A stretch of 64,000 bases of DNA. Origin: the human T2T-CHM13v2.0 reference genome, Homo sapiens. Both the position numbers and the translations under genes were made by a program. The notes under the pieces were generated by a model. It did no database searches. It was not told the origin of the DNA and saw only the letters and a list, made by a program, of their open reading frames with translations. Within the stretch, counting starts at the first letter, position 1. Each line of letters starts with the position of its first letter. The stretch spans positions 19,872,001-19,936,000 of the forward strand of contig CP086569.2 in the NCBI GenBank assembly GCA_009914755.4, read 5' to 3'. Of the stretch, positions 57,317 to 64,000 are shown piece after piece.

Positions 57317-57634
57317 GGCCACATAAGGTGACTCACAGCTCTAATCCCAGGACTTTAGGAGGCTGAGGTAGGAGAATCCCATGAGGCCAGGAGCTTAAGA
57401 CCAGCCTGGGCAATACAGCAAGATGCTGTTTCTACAACAAAATTTAAAAGTTATTCAGGTGTGTTATGTGTGCCAGTATTCCTAGCTATTTGAGAGGCTG
57501 AAGCAGGAGGAATGCTTGACCTCAAGAGTTCAAGGTTATAGTGATCATCATAGTGAACTATAATCATGCCACTGTACTCCAGACTGGGTAACAGAGCAAG
57601 AACCTGTCTCCATTTAAATAAATAAATTAATAAG
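57317..57634 (+). mobile_element. Alu SINE, older and diverged
   Basis: 'ggccacataaggtgactcacagctctaatcccaggactttaggaggctgaggtaggag' through 'gaacctgtctccatttaaataaataaattaataagg'. Confidence 0.85.
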
Positions 57635-57639
57635 GAACG

Positions 57640-58520
57640 AAGCAAATAAGAAATCACAAGGGAAATCAGCAAATTATTTTGAAATGTATGAAAACAATTA
57701 GAAAATACCAAACATCATGAAATACAGAAAGACAGTGCTTAGATGAAAATTTGTAGTTTTAAGTACCGGTATTGAAAAAGAAGGCCTCGAAATCAATAAT
57801 CTGACCTTCTGCCTTAATAAACTATAAAAAGAAAAGTAAACTGAAAAGAAAGCAAGTGGAAGGAAACAATACAAATAGAAACCAATAAATCTAATAAAGA
57901 ACAGAAAAACAATTGAGAAAAATCATTAAAACCAAAAGTTGGTTATTTTAAAAGATCAACAAAATTAAGAAACCTTTAGCTAGTGACCAAGGAAAAAAGA
58001 GAAAAGAGTTCAATTATTAAAATCAGACACAAAAGGGGGTAAGTTACTACCAACATTACAGAAATGAAAAGGACTACAAAGAAATCCTGAAAACAACTGC
58101 ATAGCAACAGTTGAGATAACCTAGATAAAGAGAACAAATTCTGAGAAGGACACAAACTAACAAAATTGACTCATGAAGAGGCAGACAATCTGAATAACTC
58201 TCTAACAAGTAAAGAAACTGAATTAGTAATTTTTTTTAAAAATTAAAGTCCAGTCCTGGATGGTTTCATTGGTGAATTCTACCAAACCCTTAACAAAGAA
58301 CTAATAATAATTCCTCACAAACTCTTCCAAAAAACAGAAACACTTTCTAACTCATTCTACTAAGGCCAATGTTACCCTGACACAAAAACAAACATAACAC
58401 AAGAAAAAGCAAAAGAAAAAAACTATAAGCCAATACATACTTTATGAATAGAGATGCAAAAAGCCTTAACAAAACATTAACAAATCAAATCCAACAACAC
58501 ACAGGATTATATATGCATGA
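57640..58520 (+). mobile_element. Separate old L1 5' portion (end of ORF1 and start of ORF2)
   Basis: Plus-strand translations resemble the L1 ORF1 tail and ORF2 N-terminus: 'LTKEKREKSSIIKIRHKRG', 'LTHEEADNLNNSLTSKETELVI', 'SPVLDGFIGEFYQTLNKELIIIPHKLFQKTETLSNSFY', 'NYKPIHTL*IEMQKALTKH*QIKSNNTQDYICMIKG'. This is 5'-proximal L1 sequence lying downstream of the 3' end of the preceding L1M, so it is a different insertion. Confidence 0.65.
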
Positions 58521-59764
58521 TCAAGGGTTATTTATTCTGGCCTCTGTATTCAGTTAAAGAGATGAGCCTTTCAATGGACTGGAAGGCCTGCAGAGCTCTC
58601 CCACTCAGCAGTCTGTGCTGTCAAAGCAATGGACTACAAGTGAGTAATTTGCATGTGACAAACTATGAAGGCAGCCTAAATGATTTTACTACACTATTCT
58701 TAAGAAGAGCAGCCGAAATATTTGAAAAGAAGAGCACATTATACTCCAATACTGGCAAACGATGGCTTCAAAATACAAGCATTAACACTCAAAAAATAAG
58801 TATCACCAATTGCAAAGAGAATTAATAAGAAGTCTTCCAGAAGGAAAAGCAATTAGGATGATAATCAGTTAAGGTAACACCAGCTATGGTAAATGACTAA
58901 TCTTGCAAACTAAAGTGCTTAACAGTAGGAGTTTATTTCTCTTTCAAATACAGTTCATTTGGTAATGGAAGGGGAGGGGTTCTGTTCCACACATTTATTC
59001 AGGAAGCCAGACTCATGGAAGCTTTGCCATCTTTAACAAGCAGTTTCCAAGACTCTGCTAGTCGTGGTCACCTACCCAACAATGGGGAAGAGAAAAGCAG
59101 GTACCTGCAAAAGAGGTTAGGTGCAAGGCTAGATGTGATATACCAGACTTTTGGCTCCACTTTCTGCCACATTTCAGTGACATGGTCCCACCTAACAGCA
59201 TGAAAGGAAGTCTACCTGTGCTTGCAAGAGGAAAGGGAAATGAGTTGGAAAACTAGCCAGCCAGTCCCTGCCACAGTTAGGAAAATAAAAACTCGCATGA
59301 AACACAATAATAAAGTAAATGTATCAAGTAGACAGAGGTCACTAGATTACCAGGTAGAGCTGAACTCCTGTTACAATGTTAATAACCATAACTACAACTG
59401 AAAGAAAACATTTTTCTTCTTTCTTATGACTAAAAATGTTCCTTTTAAAAGTATGTTGTTTATAAACAAAAACTAAATCAGTAACTCTGAAATCTAACTT
59501 ATTTTTGTAGGGTTTTCATACTAAAAATAATAAGATACATGCTTAGTTTCTAATAAAAATAATAACATGCTTAGATTCCTATAAAACTGCTCGTTTATTT
59601 AATAAAGTCAGAAAGGCAGGGCAGAAAGAATCTCTGGATATTACCTGATATACTTCCTTCATTTCAGAGAAGATGAAAACGTGCGCCTATTTGGCAAGGT
59701 CATACACCCGGAAATTGACCAAAGTGACTCGAACTCAGGTTTCCTGATTTCCGACAGTTTTTCT

Positions 59765-60712
59765 TTTTTTTTAATTTTTAACTTTTTCATGTCACTTACT
59801 ATTTATTTTTATTATACTTTAAGTTCTGGGATCCATGTGCAGATGTGCAGGTTCATTACACAGGTATACACATGACATGGTGGTTTGCTGCACCCATCAA
59901 CTGGTCATCTACATTAGGTATTTCTTCTAAAGCTATCCCCTCCATAGCCCCCCACCGCCCAACATTCCCAGTGTGTGATGTTCCCCATGCGGTGTTTGGT
60001 TTTCTATTCCTCTGTTACTCTGCTGAGAATGATGGCTTCCAGCTTCATCTATGTCCCTGCAGAGGACATGAACTCATCCTTTTTTATGTCTGCATAGTAT
60101 TCCATAGTGTATATGTACCACATTTTCTTTCCCTAGTCTATCACTGACAGGCATGTGAGTTGGTTCCATGTCTTTGCTATTGTGAATAATGTTGCTATAA
60201 ACATACGTATGCATGTGCCTTTATAACAGAATAATTTATAATCCCTTGAGTATATACCCAATAATGGGACCACTGGGTCAAATGGTGTTTCTGGTTATAG
60301 ATTCTTGAGGAATAGCCACACTGTCTTTCACAATGGTTGAACTAATTTACACTCCCACCAACAGTGGAAAAGTGTTCCCATTTCTCCACATCCTCTCCAG
60401 CATCTGTTGTTTTCTGACTTTTTAATGATCACCATTCTAACTGGCGTGAGATGGTATCTCATTGTGGTTTTGATTTGCAGTTTTCTCTAACGACCAGTGA
60501 TGAAGAGTTTTTTGTCATGTTTGTTGTCTGCATAAATGTCATCTTTTGTGACGTGTCCGTTCATACCATTCACCCACTTTTGGATGGGTTTGTTTCTTGT
60601 AAATTTGTTTAAGTTGTTGGTAGCTTCTGGATATTAACCCTTTGTCAGATGGATAGATTGAAAAAAATGTTTTCTCCCATTCTGTAGGTTGTCTGTTCAC
60701 TCTTATGATAGA
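59765..60712 (-). mobile_element. L1 3' end (ORF2 C-terminus plus 3'UTR), reverse orientation, with an internal deletion
   Basis: Plus strand is the canonical L1 antisense 3' end: 'tttattatactttaagttctgggatccatgtgcagatgtgcaggttcattacacaggtatacacatgacatggtggtttgctgcacccatcaac...cattcccagtgtgtgatgttccc...ggtttccagcttcatctatgtccctgcagaggacatgaactcatccttttttatg...ctcccaccaacagtggaaaagtgttcccatttctccacatcctctccagcatctgttg'. Confidence 0.85.
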
Positions 60713-60868
60713 ACAAAATTAACTTGGCCACAGTAGGCTTCTATCCAATTACCTCTTTTTTATCTTTGTGTTTTGAAAGTTCAGGCCATATAAATAGGAA
60801 CTTTTCTGTAAAGTCCACCTCTACTCAGTAGGCAAAACTATCTGTTCATACATACCGCTAAACATTTA

Positions 60869-61162
60869 TTTTTTTTTCTTTGTTTTTGAGATGGAGTCTC
60901 ACTCTGTCACCCAGGCTGTAGTGCAGTGGCGTGATCTGGGCTCACTGCAACCTCTGCCTCCAAGTTCAAATGACTCTCCCGTGTCAGCCTCCTGAGTATC
61001 TGGGATTACACGCATGCGTCATCCAGCTAATTTTTTCATTGTTAGTAAAGATGGGGTTTCCCCATATTGGCCAGGCTGGACTCAAACTCTTAACTTCAGG
61101 TGATCTGCCTGCCTCAGCCTCCTAAACTGTTGGGATTACAGGCATGAAATATGATGCCCGGC
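60869..61162 (-). mobile_element. Alu SINE with TSD 'CTAAACATTT'
   Basis: 'ccgctaaacattta|tttttttttctttgtttttgagatggagtctcactctgtcacccaggctgtagtgcagtggcgtgatctgggctcac' through 'gcatgaaatatgatgcccggcc|acccctaaacatttc'. Confidence 0.9.
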
Positions 61163-62023
61163 CACCCCTAAACATTTCTTTACATGAGTCAATACTCACA
61201 CAATTAGGATTATTACTGTCAATGTATGTACTTTCACCAGTAAATAGAATATGAACTCTTTGAAGGTTGCTGCCTTTTGTATCCTGAGCAAAAATTAGTG
61301 CCTGGTACATACATAATTATTTGCTGAATTGACGAATAAAACTGCAAATGCAAAATAGCAATCAAATTTTAATAACAATCATTTAATTAGATATCATTAT
61401 GAATCTGAATGAAAACACACATCGGATACATAGGTCCTGATAGGATTATTTTTAAGCAAATATATCACACAGCAGATGCATTTTTAAATATCAACAATTA
61501 AACATGATTTAGATATTAATGAATTCAATATATTATCAAATAAAATTTTTATAGGATCATTTCTACTTTTATCTTTTAGAATGAAAATTAAACTACTAGA
61601 TTATCATCCCCGTAACTGGAGTGCATATATTTTCTTTGTAAAGCAGCTTCATCAAAAAATGAGGACTCTTTTTTCAAAGGTTTCATGCGTCTATTATAGT
61701 CAAAGTAAAATACTCTTTCTACAGAATATTTCTCATTGCTGCATACTAAAAATGTAATAAAAATTGTTTTTGCTTGTGTAGATGGTTGTAAATTTCAATT
61801 TTTGCAATAATAATATATAGATAAGTTTTTTAAAAAGTAAAAATACCAGTTTTTTATGAAGTCCTAAAAAACACCATGTTGGACAGAATTAATTGATTCT
61901 GCAAAGAGTTTTACAAAAGATTTAATTATCTATATGCAGGTCTATAAATTAACACAATTCCATTCCAAAGAAGAAATAGCTATAGAAACAACTAAAATAA
62001 TGTTACAATTAAAATTTTGCAGC

Positions 62024-62308
62024 AAGACATGATAGCTCATGCACTTTGGGAGACCAAGGCGGGTGGATCACCTGAGGTCAGGAGTTCTAGACCAGCCTGG
62101 CCAACATGGTGAAACACTGTCTCTACTAAAAAGACAAAAATTAGCCAGATGTGGTGGCACAGGGCAGTAATCCCAGCTACTTGGGGGGCTGAAGCAGGAG
62201 AATCACTTGAACCCGGAAGGGAGAAGTTGCAATGAGCCAAGATAACATTGCCCTCTACCCTGGGCAAGAGAGCGAGACTCTGTCTCAAAAAAAAAAAAAA
62301 AAAAAAAA
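62024..62308 (+). mobile_element. Alu SINE with a small 5' internal deletion and an A23 tail
   Basis: 'gcaagacatgatagctcatgcactttgggagaccaaggcgggtggatcacctgaggtcaggagttc' through 'gactctgtctcaaaaaaaaaaaaaaaaaaaaaaa'. Confidence 0.85.
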
Positions 62309-62439
62309 ATTGTTGAAGTAACTAACACTTATAATTTGTATATAAAAATTGATATTTTAATTCACATTTTAGTTAAAATGCTAAGATTTTTTTACCATTA
62401 GTGAGCATTTAGTGGTGACTTTAAAAGTGTTTCATGTCA

Positions 62440-62730
62440 GCCAGGCATGGTGGCTCATGCTGGTAATCTCAGCACTTTGGAAGGCCAACGTGGGATGATT
62501 ACTTGAGCCCAGGAGTTTGAGACCAGCCCAGGCAACATGGCAAAACTCCACTTCCACAAAATGTTTAAAAAGTAGCCGGGTGCAGTGGTAGGCCCACGGT
62601 CCCCACTACTTGGGAGGCTAAGGGTTGAGGATGGCTTCAGCCAGGGAGGTCAAAGCTGCAGTAAGCCATGTTCATGCCACTGTACTTCAGCCTGGGCAGC
62701 AGAGCAAGACCTTGTCTCAAAAGAAAAAAT
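62440..62730 (+). mobile_element. Alu SINE
   Basis: 'agccaggcatggtggctcatgctggtaatctcagcactttggaaggccaacgtggg' through 'gcagagcaagaccttgtctcaaaagaaaaaatttc'. Confidence 0.85.
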
Positions 62731-64000
62731 TTCAAGTATGAAAAAATGTTAAATACTGCCATTTATGTGTCCTCTGTTAGTCCTTAACCAATACGTATAA
62801 CATAGCAGGTACTGCATTATAAAAAACAATGTCCTCCCCATTAGACTACATGGCCAAGGAAAGTGACGACAGTGGTCCTCCAATGTCCAACACAGAACAG
62901 AGAACATCATAAACCAAACACGTAATGGACATTAAAGTATAAATCTACAACTGAATAAGCAAGCAAACAAAAAATCCTGCAAATTTAAGGAGATATTCTT
63001 TCATGACACAGAAAAACTGAAAGATATTTACGGCATTTAAAACTTTTACAAGTCACTATTCATACATTTAATCAATATCACTAACAGTTCTATCAGTTGG
63101 GAAAGCTAAATTAGCCTAAAGAAAAAAATATATTTAGAATACTTCACACAATGTCATGAATTATGTATAGTTTTTGAACTTAATAAAGACTTAACTATCC
63201 ATGGTAAATAAATGGATTGTCAGTGAACAAGTAATAAACTCAAATGTTAAAGCTGAAGGAAGCTATGTTGTCAGATAGTGCTGTTTCTTTCTAACGCTAA
63301 GAAAAAAACTAACACTAGAATAAAACTAACAAAAATGTGTAAGATCTCTACACAAAAAAACTATAAAATATTGAGAGAAATAAAACCTAAATAGAATATA
63401 TTGAGTTCAGAAATTAGAATGTACATTACTGAAAGTAGGTCAAATGCTCATAAATTTGTCTATATATCCAAACCCAGTCAAAATCTTAGCTTCTTTTTTT
63501 TTTTTTGGTGGGAATTGACAAGGTACTCCTAATGTATACAAGGAAATGCAAAAGTCTTCTGATGAAATGTGAAGATTAACTCTATAACCTAATAAAACTA
63601 GATTAAAGTAGTCAAGAAAAGATAGGATTACACAAAGACAGATGGCTACACCAATGCAAAACTAGATGTCCAAAAGTAGGTCCACATATATATGGACACT
63701 ATTTATGTAGTCTCCTTATTATCATTAAAGAGATAATCATCCTTTAAATCAATAGTGCTGAAAAAACTGAGTACTGTCAGGGAATGAGGGGAGATGATAC
63801 CTGATCTTGACTTCAATATGAACACAAAACCTATTTAGAATTACAGTTCTAAATGTGAAAGAACACTAAAATGCCTAAAAGAAAAAAATCATCTTTCCTC
63901 ATTGAATTGTCATCGCTCATCAAACATTACAAGAATAGTTTCATAACTTTTTGGTAGTGAAGGATTGCTTAATCAACACCACTATCATCAACAAAAATTT

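Overview
This 64 kb window is primate (human-like) nuclear DNA, AT-rich and dominated by interspersed repeats. I found no prokaryotic or phage-type system, no CRISPR array and no rRNA or tRNA gene. Because it is ordinary repeat-rich mammalian sequence, there is no novel gene system for me to report.

I count about 45 Alu SINEs, recognised by the 'ggccgggcgcggtggctcacgcctgtaatcccagcactttgggaggc' head or its reverse complement starting from a poly-T run. Several have clean target-site duplications (TSDs). There are at least seven L1 LINE fragments. One old L1 with ORF1 and ORF2 has been split by a younger, twin-primed (5'-inverted) L1. An L1M has been split by two Alus. A short Tigger2-like DNA transposon remnant is present, along with several microsatellites and low-complexity tracts.

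The two most informative loci are these. (1) A complete processed retrocopy of CD24 on the minus strand at 25131-27663. It has an uninterrupted 80-aa ORF at 26971-27213, a CpG-dense 5' leader, a poly-A signal and tail, and a 14-bp TSD. It is inserted inside an L1 3' region and was later hit by an Alu in its 3'UTR. (2) A defective class I (gamma-like, ERV1) endogenous retrovirus internal region on the plus strand, about 30440-37451. It carries recognisable gag-NC (CCHC), protease (DTGA), RT (YIDD), RNase H, integrase (HHCC, mutated DD35E) and env (SU plus TM) remnants. These are broken by frameshifts and stops, and I could not identify a 5' LTR.

I cannot support any canonical multi-exon host gene from sequence alone. 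All other ORFs in the six-frame track lie inside Alu, L1 or ERV sequence or in low-complexity DNA. Coordinates of repeat boundaries are by eye and should be read as +/-10 bp.
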